This document shows, in pieces, positions 1-8,146 of a stretch of DNA of 40,557 nt (positions within the stretch are counted from its first letter, which is position 1; the number at the start of each line of letters is the position of its first letter). The notes below the pieces were generated by a model. That model saw nothing but the letters and a program-made list of their open reading frames with translations. It searched no databases and was not told the origin of the DNA. Position numbers and translations under genes: made by a program. This DNA is from an uncultured Desulfobacteraceae bacterium (GTDB lineage Bacteria > Desulfobacterota > DSM-4660 > Desulfatiglandales > HGW-15): assembly GCA_964484515.1 (NCBI GenBank), contig CAZAGT010000006.1, forward strand, positions 1-40,557, read 5' to 3'.

Positions 1-77
1 GTCCCCGGTTTCGGAAGCTTTGCATATGGACATTTTCCATCAGCCTCAGAGAAATAGGTTTTTCGACAGCTTCGCTA
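1..77 (-). repeat. Copy C of a MITE-like repeat family; only the terminal ~77 bp is present because the window edge cuts it. Other copies at 31262-31526 and 36181-36504.
   Basis: nt 1-77 align colinearly with 36426-36504 (copy B). nt 10-77 align with the reverse complement of 31262-31329 (copy A). Shared blocks are TTCGGAAGC(C/T)TTGCAT, TTCCATCAGCC and GGTTTTTCGACAG. Similarity ends after CGACAGCTTCGCTA. Confidence 0.8.
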
Positions 78-324
78 CCGTTTGGCATTTTCAAATTTTT
101 AACGGGTGTTCAGGTATCAGAGACCTCATTTGACGAGGTTTCATTCGAGATGGACTGAACTCGATGAAGATCAAAACCCGGATACCATAGGTGATGAGTT
201 ACCCTTTGTCCATACGTTTTGCGATTGCCCGAAAAAAAGCCTCCGAATTTGTAGAATCTGCCATATATGCCGATAATCCCTCAGGTTTTGGTCGACCAGA
301 GTCATATCTGCGACGGCCCGCAAC

Positions 325-340
325 TGGCACGATGAACGCA
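325..340 (+). promoter_or_regulatory. Possible sigma-54 type promoter upstream of the PilZ gene
   Basis: TGGCAC-GATGA-ACGCA has the GG-N10-GC spacing, about 115 nt upstream of ATG 456. It is only a partial match to TGGCAC-N5-TTGCW. Confidence 0.25.
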
Positions 341-455
341 GGTTTCCATCCATTCATAAACTGCTTGCACTTTGGGATTTGTTTCCATTATATTCCTGGC
401 CTATCAACAATGGGTCCAGGCGATCTCACCTGAGACTTGAGGGGAAGAGAGACGA

Positions 456-872
456 ATGAATAACAAGAAAGGCCACCCGAACCAGAGAACGCATCCGAGA
501 TTCCGCGTGAAGGAAGGCGCGTACGCTGTCCTGCGGCCCCAGTTCACGCAGCTCGGACCGATCCTCGATATCAGCCGGGGAGGTCTTGCATTTTCCTACA
601 ATTTGACCGGTAAGCCCACAAACGGATCATTTGAATTAGATATCTTCTTGATCGGTCATGGTGTTTTGGTGGAGAGAGTTCCCTTTCGCGTCATTTCGGA
701 TCGCAAGCTGATCGCAAGACCGCAGCATAACAGCCTGCTGCGGCGAAGATGCGGAGTGCAGTTCGGGAAGCTTACCCATTCCCAGTCCCAGCAGATGGAA
801 AAATTCATGCAGCACCTCGTTATCCCTGATTCGGGGACGCGTCGACTCGTTGGCGGTGGCCCCTTCCACTGA
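456..872 (+). CDS. PilZ-domain (c-di-GMP binding) protein
   Basis: 138-aa ORF with the two PilZ signatures in the expected order and spacing: RTHPR (RxxxR) near the N-terminus and DISRGG (D/NxSxxG) about 25 residues later. Confidence 0.75.
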   Translation: MNNKKGHPNQRTHPRFRVKEGAYAVLRPQFTQLGPILDISRGGLAFSYNLTGKPTNGSFELDIFLIGHGVLVERVPFRVISDRKLIARPQHNSLLRRRCGVQFGKLTHSQSQQMEKFMQHLVIPDSGTRRLVGGGPFH

Positions 873-954
873 TCGAGACTCGATCGAACTCATTTGACAA
901 GGTTCAGAATCCGGATTCGCGGCCCTGATCTTGATAGTGCGCCAGGAGGTGAGG

Positions 955-1197
955 ATGAAAGGCCTACAAATTAGTGTCTATAAATCGGGTCAGGATACGC
1001 CCGAAAAGGTCATTTCCATGCCGATAACATCGCTTCATTTCGCGGTAACGCTTCTTCCCAAGAAGATCAAGTCCTCTCTAGAGCGGGAGGGGATCGACTT
1101 GACGCGTTGCAGTGAACTAACCAAGGAGAAAGACCTCAAAGGGACCTTGATTGAGATTGAGAACCCGAATGAGAAACTGGTCATCGGCATTGAGTAA
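955..1197 (+). CDS. Small hypothetical protein (80 aa)
   Basis: ORF-track 931..1197 trimmed to ATG 955, which is preceded by an AGGAGGTGAGG ribosome-binding site. No recognisable motif. Confidence 0.5.
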   Translation: MKGLQISVYKSGQDTPEKVISMPITSLHFAVTLLPKKIKSSLEREGIDLTRCSELTKEKDLKGTLIEIENPNEKLVIGIE

Positions 1198-1245
1198 CCC
1201 TGCCCACCCCTACGATCGACAGCCCCGCCCCGCCCCGAAGTGCAC

Positions 1246-1274
1246 TTGACACCGATCCTCCTTTTTCCTAAGCT
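1246..1274 (+). promoter_or_regulatory. Candidate sigma-70 promoter for the solute-binding protein gene
   Basis: TTGACA (1246-1251), 17-nt spacer, TAAGCT (1269-1274), about 120 nt upstream of ATG 1395. Confidence 0.4.
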
Positions 1275-1394
1275 CCTGTCAACCTGCATACCCATTCGAA
1301 AGCGCGACGTTCTATCGCGTTTTACGAAAGACATACGCATGCAATACCAAGAGCGGCATGAGAGCGGTCCTCTCTCCGTGAAAGGAGGCGGATT

Positions 1395-2723
1395 ATGGGC
1401 CTGGGCAAACTCGCGGTCGCGTTTTTCTTCTCCGTCTTCATCCTGTTACCACTCCAGGCACTCCCATCCGAGCTTCCACCCGTCAGGATCGGTGTATTGT
1501 ACCCCCTTACCGGCAAGATGAGTGCTGTAGGCCGAGAGGCGCTAAGGGGGGCCCAAATCGCTGCCGACCAGGTCAACGAGCACGGTGGCATTTGGGGTGG
1601 AAGGAAGATTCTGCTCGTGACGGGCGATGCCGCTGATACGGAGGCGGCCCGGACAGAAACGGAGAGACTGTGCACCCTTGAGAAGGTGAAATGTATCTTG
1701 GGCGTTTATTCGAGCACCCTTGCCTTTGTCGCGCACGCCGTGGCGGATAAATACGGCGTCTTTTTCTGGGAGTCGAATGCGATCGCGCCGCGACTGAGGC
1801 AGATGGGACATACGTACACGTTCTTCTATGGTCCCCGGGCGTTCGATCAATCGTACGCATCCGCCCAGGCGATTTACGATATGATCGCCCCAGGGCTCGG
1901 AATCAAACCGAAGGACTTAAGAATCGCCGCGGTCTATCAGGGTACCGAATGGGGAAAATCCAATACCGGCCAGGCGTTTGTACCCCGATGCAAGGAATTG
2001 GGGATGAAGGTCGTCTTTGATCAGTTCTACGATCCCAAGCTGCTCGATTTTACCCCTCTCGTCCAGAAGATGAAGATGAAAAGGCCGGACGTCGTTGCGT
2101 TTCAGTGTTACATCGACGATGGGTTTCGACTCTTCCGGGACGCTCGCAAGAATGGTCTCAATCCCAAAATCTGGTACGCCAATGGGGCCGTAAGTGTTGA
2201 TATTCCCGATGCCTTCGAGAAGTTCGGCGCTGATATGAACTACGTCCTGGCGATCAATCAAATGGCGGCCGGAAACATCAATAATCTCAGCCCGTTAACA
2301 CAGTCCCAATACCGGGACTTCCTGGACCGTTATCAGAGGACCTACAAGGTCAGAATGACAAACGAGGCGGCGATCGTCTATACCGCTGCGGCGGCGCTGT
2401 TTGAATATGTCCTCCCCGCCGCCGGCTCCTTGGATCCCGAGAAACTGGCTGCAGCCGCCCACGATCTCTCCCTGCCCAACACGTGCACGGCACGGCCGGG
2501 AGGTATCAAGTTCTCCTCGGCCACGGCGGAGTACGCGAACCAGAATTTGCGGGCCGGCATGGCGGTGCGGCAGATATTCAATGAAAGGTATTATGTGGTT
2601 TGGCCGGAAGAGATGGCCGTGATGAAGCCCATCTTTCCCTCGCCCCGCTGGGGAAAGCGATCCATCGAGGAAGCCGAGATAGAGAAGAGATTGCTCGTGC
2701 CCAAAGCGCTCCTGGTTCAATGA
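1395..2723 (+). CDS. ABC-transporter periplasmic substrate-binding protein, LivK / branched-chain amino acid-type family (orphan)
   Basis: 442-aa ORF with an AAAGGAGG RBS and an N-terminal hydrophobic signal-like segment. The general Peripla_BP_6-like pattern is present (VRIGVLYPLTG..., GVYSS...). No permease or ATPase genes are adjacent. Confidence 0.7.
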   Translation: MGLGKLAVAFFFSVFILLPLQALPSELPPVRIGVLYPLTGKMSAVGREALRGAQIAADQVNEHGGIWGGRKILLVTGDAADTEAARTETERLCTLEKVKCILGVYSSTLAFVAHAVADKYGVFFWESNAIAPRLRQMGHTYTFFYGPRAFDQSYASAQAIYDMIAPGLGIKPKDLRIAAVYQGTEWGKSNTGQAFVPRCKELGMKVVFDQFYDPKLLDFTPLVQKMKMKRPDVVAFQCYIDDGFRLFRDARKNGLNPKIWYANGAVSVDIPDAFEKFGADMNYVLAINQMAAGNINNLSPLTQSQYRDFLDRYQRTYKVRMTNEAAIVYTAAAALFEYVLPAAGSLDPEKLAAAAHDLSLPNTCTARPGGIKFSSATAEYANQNLRAGMAVRQIFNERYYVVWPEEMAVMKPIFPSPRWGKRSIEEAEIEKRLLVPKALLVQ

Positions 2724-2845
2724 CGCTGCAGATCGTTTTGATCCGAAACGGCGATATTGCCGCCGGGCGAGGAACTCATGAAATCCTGAAGAATCAGGAG
2801 AGCAGGCATTTAGCCCGGGAACTCTAATTCAGGGAGAGGCGCAGC

Positions 2846-3091
2846 ATGGAAGGCATTATTTCCGATGTTGCGGGCGAAGTCGTTATCGTCCTGTTCATTG
2901 TGGTCTTCATCGCCACATTCGTAGCGGCGGTCGTCCAGCTCATTAGGGAGCGCAACCTGATCTGGATTGTCCTATGGGGGTATACCGTCACGCTCGCCTA
3001 CGGATTCATTTTCGATCAGGATGAGATTATCCTCATAGGTTCGGCCGTCACCGCCCTGATCTGCTTCATCGTGTACCTGCGAACGTCCTGA
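2846..3091 (+). CDS. Small integral membrane protein (81 aa, ~3 hydrophobic helices)
   Basis: GGGAGAGG RBS before ATG 2846; the sequence is dominated by three long hydrophobic stretches. Confidence 0.5.
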   Translation: MEGIISDVAGEVVIVLFIVVFIATFVAAVVQLIRERNLIWIVLWGYTVTLAYGFIFDQDEIILIGSAVTALICFIVYLRTS

Positions 3092-3340
3092 CCTCCCTTT
3101 CCCCGGAGCGAATTGCCTGAAACAAAGTAGGCTGCCCTGCATCAGCCCTGCCTCTCGCTGCGGGAGTTTGCCCGCCTCGGGAGGGCGGCCAGCTTGGCCG
3201 ACCGGGAACCGTCATGAAAATGGTATTTGAATTTGACATTCTCAGATTTTCGACGGCCGGGCGATAAGATTTCAACGACCTCAACTCGTGACGTTTCATA
3301 TGAGATAAGAGCTGGACCGACAGTGTTCTTTCGGATGTCG

Positions 3341-3919
3341 TCAATCCGTCGTCTGCGTAACGGGGGCGGCCCAGATCGCGTCTCCATCTTCGCCGAACAG
3401 GACAATCTTCGACCCTTCTGAACCCCCATAGACGGCTCTGGAAGTCCCCGCCTGATCGCGGATGGTGAGTGATGGAACACCATCGGCATCCAATTGGGCC
3501 GTCAGCCTTGCCGTCCGGAGGCTCTTATCGAGGAACTTGATATAGGCTCCGTCCTCATCGCAATTGAGCATGATCGAATTATTCCCCGAACTTGCAAGCG
3601 CCAACGCCACGCCGCGCGGTTTTTGCATCAGGATGAAGGTGTTGTCGTCCGCCTTCCGATCCCCGATCCGAAGCACGGTCCTGCCATCCTGATACGTCCA
3701 GTAGGCTCTCTTTTCGCCGCCGGCATCCACCAGCTCAAAGCTCTCGGCCCTTAAGACCTTCTCGTGAGATGATTCTTTGGCTGCAAATACGAACCCGCCA
3801 ACCAGGACCTGTTGCGAGATCATACCACCAATCATTCCGCCGATCAGGGTGGTGGCCAGCAAGAGCAGACGTCGTCTAATTCTCATGTGCCTTTTCCTTT
3901 CCGTTTCAGATCGATTCAT
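3341..3919 (-). CDS. Hypothetical membrane-anchored or secreted protein
   Basis: 192-aa ORF with an N-terminal basic stretch followed by a TM/signal segment (RRRLLLLATTLIGGMIGGMI). An alternative start MRIRRR lies at 3886. No known domain recognised. Confidence 0.55.
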   Translation of the reverse strand: MNRSETERKRHMRIRRRLLLLATTLIGGMIGGMISQQVLVGGFVFAAKESSHEKVLRAESFELVDAGGEKRAYWTYQDGRTVLRIGDRKADDNTFILMQKPRGVALALASSGNNSIMLNCDEDGAYIKFLDKSLRTARLTAQLDADGVPSLTIRDQAGTSRAVYGGSEGSKIVLFGEDGDAIWAAPVTQTTD

Positions 3920-4147
3920 CAGACCTCCCGCCGTACCTTTGTCAGGGAGAATGTGCTTTCACGTGCATCGCTGATCTAGCACAAAGGAAGGCACATATCC
4001 AGCAGGGTTTCCCGCTCCTCTTCCACCCGAAGCTCCATCCATCTGGTCTCCCATTCCCGGTAGCCGCTATGGCCAGGTATTGAGCCTCGCAGGATCCCAG
4101 GTTGACCCTTCCCTTGACGTCTCTTGACTAAACCATATTTCATAGGC

Positions 4148-4188
4148 TTGACGAAAGTAACATAGGCCGGTATTTAGTTACCAACTAA
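4148..4188 (+). promoter_or_regulatory. Candidate sigma-70 promoter with an overlapping palindromic operator
   Basis: TTGACG (4148-4153), 17-nt spacer, TATTTA (4171-4176). The perfect inverted repeat TTAGTT-ACC-AACTAA (4174-4188) overlaps the -10. The site lies in an AT-rich intergenic region upstream of ORF 4286. Confidence 0.45.
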
Positions 4189-4285
4189 GATTATACCTTC
4201 TCGCGTTGTCTAACGGGTAACATCAATCCTATTCGAGTTACTTCAGTTATCTCATATGATTAATATGAAACGGGAGGAACCGGTT

Positions 4286-5161
4286 ATGGGGACTGAGAGC
4301 ACAGAGCAGCCAAGGAGACGGACGTCACTGATGGACGCCTTCATGATCCGGAAGGCGAGTTCCTATCACGAGCCCCGGCAAAGAGGGGTTCCTCGCGGCC
4401 GCCCAATGGGGTTTTCAACTGCGAAATTCAAGGCGGCCGTCTATTGCCTGAAGAGCACGCCCTTGAAAGAGATCGCCTTAGCAGTGCCGGTCTCGTACGG
4501 ATTGCTGCGCAAGTGGCGCACCGAGAAACGCTTCCTCTCTCTCATGCTTGAGCTGGGTACGGAATTCGTGGACAAAGCCGTCATGAGGCACCTTAAGAAG
4601 CGAGCGGAGGTGCAGATGGGATTCAATGATGCGTATTCCACCAGGACGATAATCGATACTGCAAAGACGCCGCCCCCACAGCTTGGATGGGCCGAATTCG
4701 GCGATGTGAGTCTCTACTCGGAGGAGGTGCTGAGCCGCCTCGCCAATGAGGTGCGCAAAACCCATGCAGATCTCGTGAAAGGATCCGGAGCAGGGTTGGA
4801 TGATGTACAAGCTTTCAAGGAAGGGCGTGAGGATCTTTACCAGGCACTCCAATGTGAGGGGTTGCTTGCGTTGTTGGAGACACATGGCCCTACGCTGACA
4901 AAAGATCCCCGGAAACACGATAACCCGGTTCCATCTTTAACGGTGGCGCGAAGAGACGCTGAATATGAACGTTCGCTCGGCATACTGGTTGAGGGGCCCC
5001 TTGCGCAAGATGAACGCAAGAGGATGATCGCGGTTCTTCATCGATTGAGGGGCAGGTATACACTGATCGAGATGGAACAGATCGGTGTTGAGGCCGTGGA
5101 GGCAAGACATAAGGCCTCAGCGGTTTCATTCCAAAAACCGATCGGGCGTCACCTGTTGTAG
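4286..5161 (+). CDS. Hypothetical protein with an N-terminal HTH-like segment
   Basis: ORF-track 4256..5161. I prefer ATG 4286 because a GGGAGG lies 8 nt upstream. The segment TPLKEIALAVPVSYGLLRKWRTE looks like a helix-turn-helix; the rest is unrecognised. Confidence 0.55.
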   Translation: MGTESTEQPRRRTSLMDAFMIRKASSYHEPRQRGVPRGRPMGFSTAKFKAAVYCLKSTPLKEIALAVPVSYGLLRKWRTEKRFLSLMLELGTEFVDKAVMRHLKKRAEVQMGFNDAYSTRTIIDTAKTPPPQLGWAEFGDVSLYSEEVLSRLANEVRKTHADLVKGSGAGLDDVQAFKEGREDLYQALQCEGLLALLETHGPTLTKDPRKHDNPVPSLTVARRDAEYERSLGILVEGPLAQDERKRMIAVLHRLRGRYTLIEMEQIGVEAVEARHKASAVSFQKPIGRHLL

Positions 5162-5223
5162 GCCCGTTCTTGAAGGCGGACCCTCAGGGGCAGCCGTGGA
5201 GCGTCTTCATTGATCTCGGTCAT

Positions 5224-5263
5224 AAAAAAAGACCCCCAAGAAAGATGTCGCCTTCCTGGGGGC
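5224..5263 (-). terminator. Rho-independent terminator downstream of the SYLF gene
   Basis: The minus strand reads GCCCCCAGGAAG-GCGACAT-CTTTCTTGGGGG followed by TCTTTTTTT. Confidence 0.65.
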
Positions 5264-5389
5264 AAGAGGTTGAGGTAAAGAGGACAGAAACGTCCATACC
5301 AGTAAAGCGTAAAACGGGAAAGGGGTAAAGGCGTATTTTGAGGAGTACGAAATGGGTACGCCCGATGCCTCCCCTTCGAAGACCGCTGT

Positions 5390-6079
5390 TCAATTTCTCA
5401 TGGCGGCCTTCTTAATCGCCTCCCGAAGCTCATCCGCCTGCTTGTTGCTCACCCTGTCCAGCACGAGGATCTCAGATGGCCTCACGTCTTTACCGTAGTA
5501 AGCGTTGTTCAGTTTGTCTCGGGTTGCGATGACGGCACCTTCAACGGTCAATCCACCGAATAAGCCCTTCGACCGCGAAAAGGCCAGGATATCCGTTGTG
5601 GCCCCCTTGACGCCCGTGCCGATAGGTCCCAGGGCCACATTCGCGTCAGCGCCAAGCTTAAAGGATGATGTAAGCATCGCGTCCAGGCCCCGGCGAGTCA
5701 TCGCCATAAGAACCAATTCGTCGGCCGCGCCGCCTATCTGCAATCCGAAGGTTATGGCGCCGATGGAATAGAAGGCGGGATAGCTCCATTCGTCCCACTT
5801 TTCGTCACGGGCCAACATACATCCACTCCCGCCGTACCCACCGATGATCAGGCCCCCTTTCCCGAGTGTCGGTATGATCAGGATGGCCATGGCATCCTTG
5901 AGGCTGGTACGGAACCACCCGATGTCGGGATCGTCCATGAAGTGCTCAAAGGTCCACAGACTTCGGGTGACGAGACGCTGCGCCGTTGCGACTTTGTCAT
6001 CGGCGGATGCAGGCACCGCCGTGAAGACGAAGATGATCAAAACAAAGCTGCAAAGGATAGATTTCATCCAGGTTTTCAT
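5390..6079 (-). CDS. SYLF (Ysc84/DUF500) lipid-binding domain protein, secreted
   Basis: 229-aa ORF with a signal peptide (MKTWMKSILCSFVLIIFVFTAVPASA). Typical SYLF glycine-rich blocks are present (GGLIIGGYGGSG, FGLQIGG, KLGADANVALGPIG, GLFGGLTVEGAVI). Confidence 0.75.
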   Translation of the reverse strand: MKTWMKSILCSFVLIIFVFTAVPASADDKVATAQRLVTRSLWTFEHFMDDPDIGWFRTSLKDAMAILIIPTLGKGGLIIGGYGGSGCMLARDEKWDEWSYPAFYSIGAITFGLQIGGAADELVLMAMTRRGLDAMLTSSFKLGADANVALGPIGTGVKGATTDILAFSRSKGLFGGLTVEGAVIATRDKLNNAYYGKDVRPSEILVLDRVSNKQADELREAIKKAAMRN

Positions 6080-6287
6080 CGCAGACCTCCAATGGTTTTG
6101 AAAACACGTACATGGCGATTTTGAGCCATATCCACCAAAGCATCATAGACAACATACCACAGCCTGAGCAATACCTCGATCACCAAATCAGAGTCCATTC
6201 GAAAATCCAAGGTTCAGATATGGAAATTCTCATTTATGGTGCCAACCATCTTGAATTTCAATGTTTTCACTCGCCTTCGCCAGGATG

Positions 6288-6431
6288 CCCCGTGCGGAAG
6301 CACGGGGAGAAATGGCGTCAGGTGACCGCGGCGTAGCCCCCTGGGCGAAGACGGGTGGCTTCGGCGGAGTTCCGTCTTCTTGATTCTTAGACGCCCCGCG
6401 CGGAAGCGCGGGGTGCTTCACTGGTAGTGAA
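6288..6431 (+). other. Cluster of stable hairpins, a possible small structured RNA or REP-like elements
   Basis: CCCCGTGC-GGAA-GCACGGGG (6288-6307). GAAGACGG...CTTCGG...CCGTCTTC (6347-6379). CCCCGCGC-GGAA-GCGCGGGG (6394-6413). TTCAC-TGGTA-GTGAA (6417-6431). There is no credible ORF on either strand. Confidence 0.35.
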
Positions 6432-6471
6432 ACGCCTCCTTCTGGTAGAGCGATTCCGAATGAAAGTGGTC

Positions 6472-6517
6472 TCAAAAGAAAACCCCCAAGCAGGGGCAAA
6501 CCGGTGATGCTTGGGGG
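6472..6517 (-). terminator. Rho-independent terminator (minus strand)
   Basis: The minus strand reads CCCCCAAGCA-(15 nt)-TGCTTGGGGG followed by TTTTCTTTTG. Confidence 0.55.
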
Positions 6518-6670
6518 CTGCAAAAGAGGAATCAAATGATACGGGTCTTATTGAAATGCATTTGACCTTAGGAAGTAAAGGAGGGTTTTTGGGTGGATGA
6601 AAGCGGTATTTCGGATCCCCCTTCCAATCAAAGCGGCTCGCAGCCTGTGGACGGGTCGGGGAGAGCTACT

Positions 6671-6708
6671 GTCAAAGAAAAGAGCTAGCCCACTTCGGCC
6701 AGCTCTTT
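6671..6708 (-). terminator. Terminator hairpin directly 3' of the partial tRNA copy, probably the ancestral tRNA-fMet terminator
   Basis: The minus strand reads AAAGAGCTGGCC-GAAGTG-GGCTAGCTCTTT followed by TCTTTG. It begins 9 nt after the CCA end of the tRNA remnant. Confidence 0.5.
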
Positions 6709-6716
6709 GGCATTCT

Positions 6717-6766
6717 TGGTAGCGGGGACAGGATTCGAACCTGTGACCTCCGGGTTTTGAGCCCGA
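6717..6766 (-). repeat. Partial 3' copy of tRNA-fMet (distal att site / direct repeat of the island)
   Basis: 6717-6756 is identical over 40 nt to 14209-14248 (TGGTAGCGGGGACAGGATTCGAACCTGTGACCTCCGGGTT). After one mismatch a further 9 nt match (TGAGCCCGA), then the sequences diverge. Confidence 0.9.
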
Positions 6767-6844
6767 GGTGGTCTATTTCCCTCTATTTACATTGCTTTCC
6801 TAAAACCTCCTGAATACTCACATTATTTTGGAAACCCTGTTCTC

Positions 6845-6872
6845 TTGACTTCCTTCGAAATACCTCTATATT
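6845..6872 (+). promoter_or_regulatory. Candidate integrase promoter
   Basis: TTGACT (6845-6850), 16-nt spacer, TATATT (6867-6872), about 50 nt upstream of int ATG 6923. It is embedded in the inverted repeat ACCTCT-N11-AGAGGT. Confidence 0.45.
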
Positions 6873-6880
6873 TATATCAG

Positions 6881-6902
6881 AGGTTGGAAATAGGGTTGGA
6901 AA
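6881..6902 (+). promoter_or_regulatory. Arm-type repeat (2 x GGTTGGAAA), copy 1
   Basis: AGGTTGGAAATAGGGTTGGAAA is identical over 22 nt to 14127-14148. It lies between the putative int -10 and the int RBS. Confidence 0.6.
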
Positions 6903-6922
6903 ACTTCCAGGAGGCCAAATCA

Positions 6923-8086
6923 ATGGGCGCCAGAAAAAAGACCAGTTACCCAGGCGTATTCTATCGAGAAGCAAAAAGACTCGGCGGAAAGGGGATGGAA
7001 AGAGTCTATTACGTCGTTTTCAAGAAAGACGGAAAAGTCCACGAGGAAAAGGCGGGCCGTCAGTACGCCGATGATATGACTCCAGCAAGGGCAGCGGGAA
7101 TCAGAGCCAGGCTTATCGAAGGGAAGCGTCTAAGCAGAAAAGAGGTCAAACGACAACAAGCGGCATTGAAAAAGGCGGAGCAGAAACGTTGGACAATAGC
7201 CAAATTGTGGCAAGAGTATAAGGCCAACAAGCCCGAAATCAAAGGTATGGCGACGGATGAGAATCGCTATCAAAATCATATCAAACCCGAATTCGGCGAT
7301 AAAGAGCCAAAGGATTTGCTTCCTCTCGACATTGATAGAGTTAGAATCAGTCTTCTGAAGAGGAAAAAGCCTGCCACTGTGAAGAACGTGCTTGAGCTGC
7401 TAAGGCGCATAGTGAATTTTGGGGTTAAGAAGAACCTCTGCGAAGGACCCAGATTCAAGATCGAGATGCCAAAATTGAATAACCTCAAAACGGAAGATCT
7501 GACTCCAGAGCAGCTAAGGAATGTATTGGACGCAATTGAGCAAGACTCGAATCGCCAAGCGGCAAATCTTATGAAACTGGCCCTTTTCACAGGGATGAGA
7601 AGAGGTGAGCTGTTTAAATTGAAATGGGAAGACGTCGATTTCGATCGAGGTTTTATTCACTTAAGAGATCCCAAAGGCGGACCCGACCAGAGGATCCCTC
7701 TTAACGAGGCCGCCAGACAGCTTCTCTTATCTCACCCGAGGTCAGAGAGCCCGTACGTGTTCCCTGGTCGAGGGGGAGAACAGCGCACGGACATCAAACA
7801 CCAGGTTAATCGTATCAAGTCCAGAGCTGGCCTTCCCAAGGATTTCAGAGCCCTCCATGGACTGCGGCATGTCTACGCGTCCATGATGGCCTCCAGCGGC
7901 GAAGTGGACATGTATACGCTTCAAAAGCTGCTCACCCATAAGAGCCCGTTGATGACCCAGCGATATGCGCATCTTAGAGATGAGGCGCTGAGAAGGGCCG
8001 CGGGTGTAGCGGGAGAGCTGTTTCGTGAGGCATCCAATGGAAAAGGCGGAGAGAAGGTAGTTCACCTAGAGGACCACAAGAAATAG
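6923..8086 (+). CDS. int: Tyrosine-type site-specific integrase
   Basis: ORF-track 6845..8086 trimmed to ATG 6923, with AGGAGG 8 nt upstream. Catalytic signature blocks are TGMRRGEL (Arg), HGLRHVYAS (His-x-x-Arg) and LMTQRYAHL (Tyr). It sits next to the tRNA-derived att repeat. Confidence 0.85.
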   Translation: MGARKKTSYPGVFYREAKRLGGKGMERVYYVVFKKDGKVHEEKAGRQYADDMTPARAAGIRARLIEGKRLSRKEVKRQQAALKKAEQKRWTIAKLWQEYKANKPEIKGMATDENRYQNHIKPEFGDKEPKDLLPLDIDRVRISLLKRKKPATVKNVLELLRRIVNFGVKKNLCEGPRFKIEMPKLNNLKTEDLTPEQLRNVLDAIEQDSNRQAANLMKLALFTGMRRGELFKLKWEDVDFDRGFIHLRDPKGGPDQRIPLNEAARQLLLSHPRSESPYVFPGRGGEQRTDIKHQVNRIKSRAGLPKDFRALHGLRHVYASMMASSGEVDMYTLQKLLTHKSPLMTQRYAHLRDEALRRAAGVAGELFREASNGKGGEKVVHLEDHKK

Positions 8087-8146
8087 GTTTCGGTTTTCCA
8101 ATGAGAGTCAACGGCTGATCACCGTGGCCGATAAGTCGAGTAATCT

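Noticed and set aside
171-433. ORFs 171..353 (-) and 191..433 (+) between repeat copy C and the PilZ gene
   Set aside because: They have no RBS and no recognisable motif, and they overlap each other on opposite strands. The region more likely contains the PilZ promoter.
6288-6413. Possible degenerate CRISPR array, based on two similar 20-nt GC hairpins with a partial resemblance to CRISPR repeat stems
   Set aside because: There are only two copies, about 106 bp apart, and their flanks do not match, so there is no conserved 28-37 nt repeat unit. A different hairpin sits between them and no cas genes are nearby. It is better described as a hairpin cluster, sRNA candidate or REP-like element.
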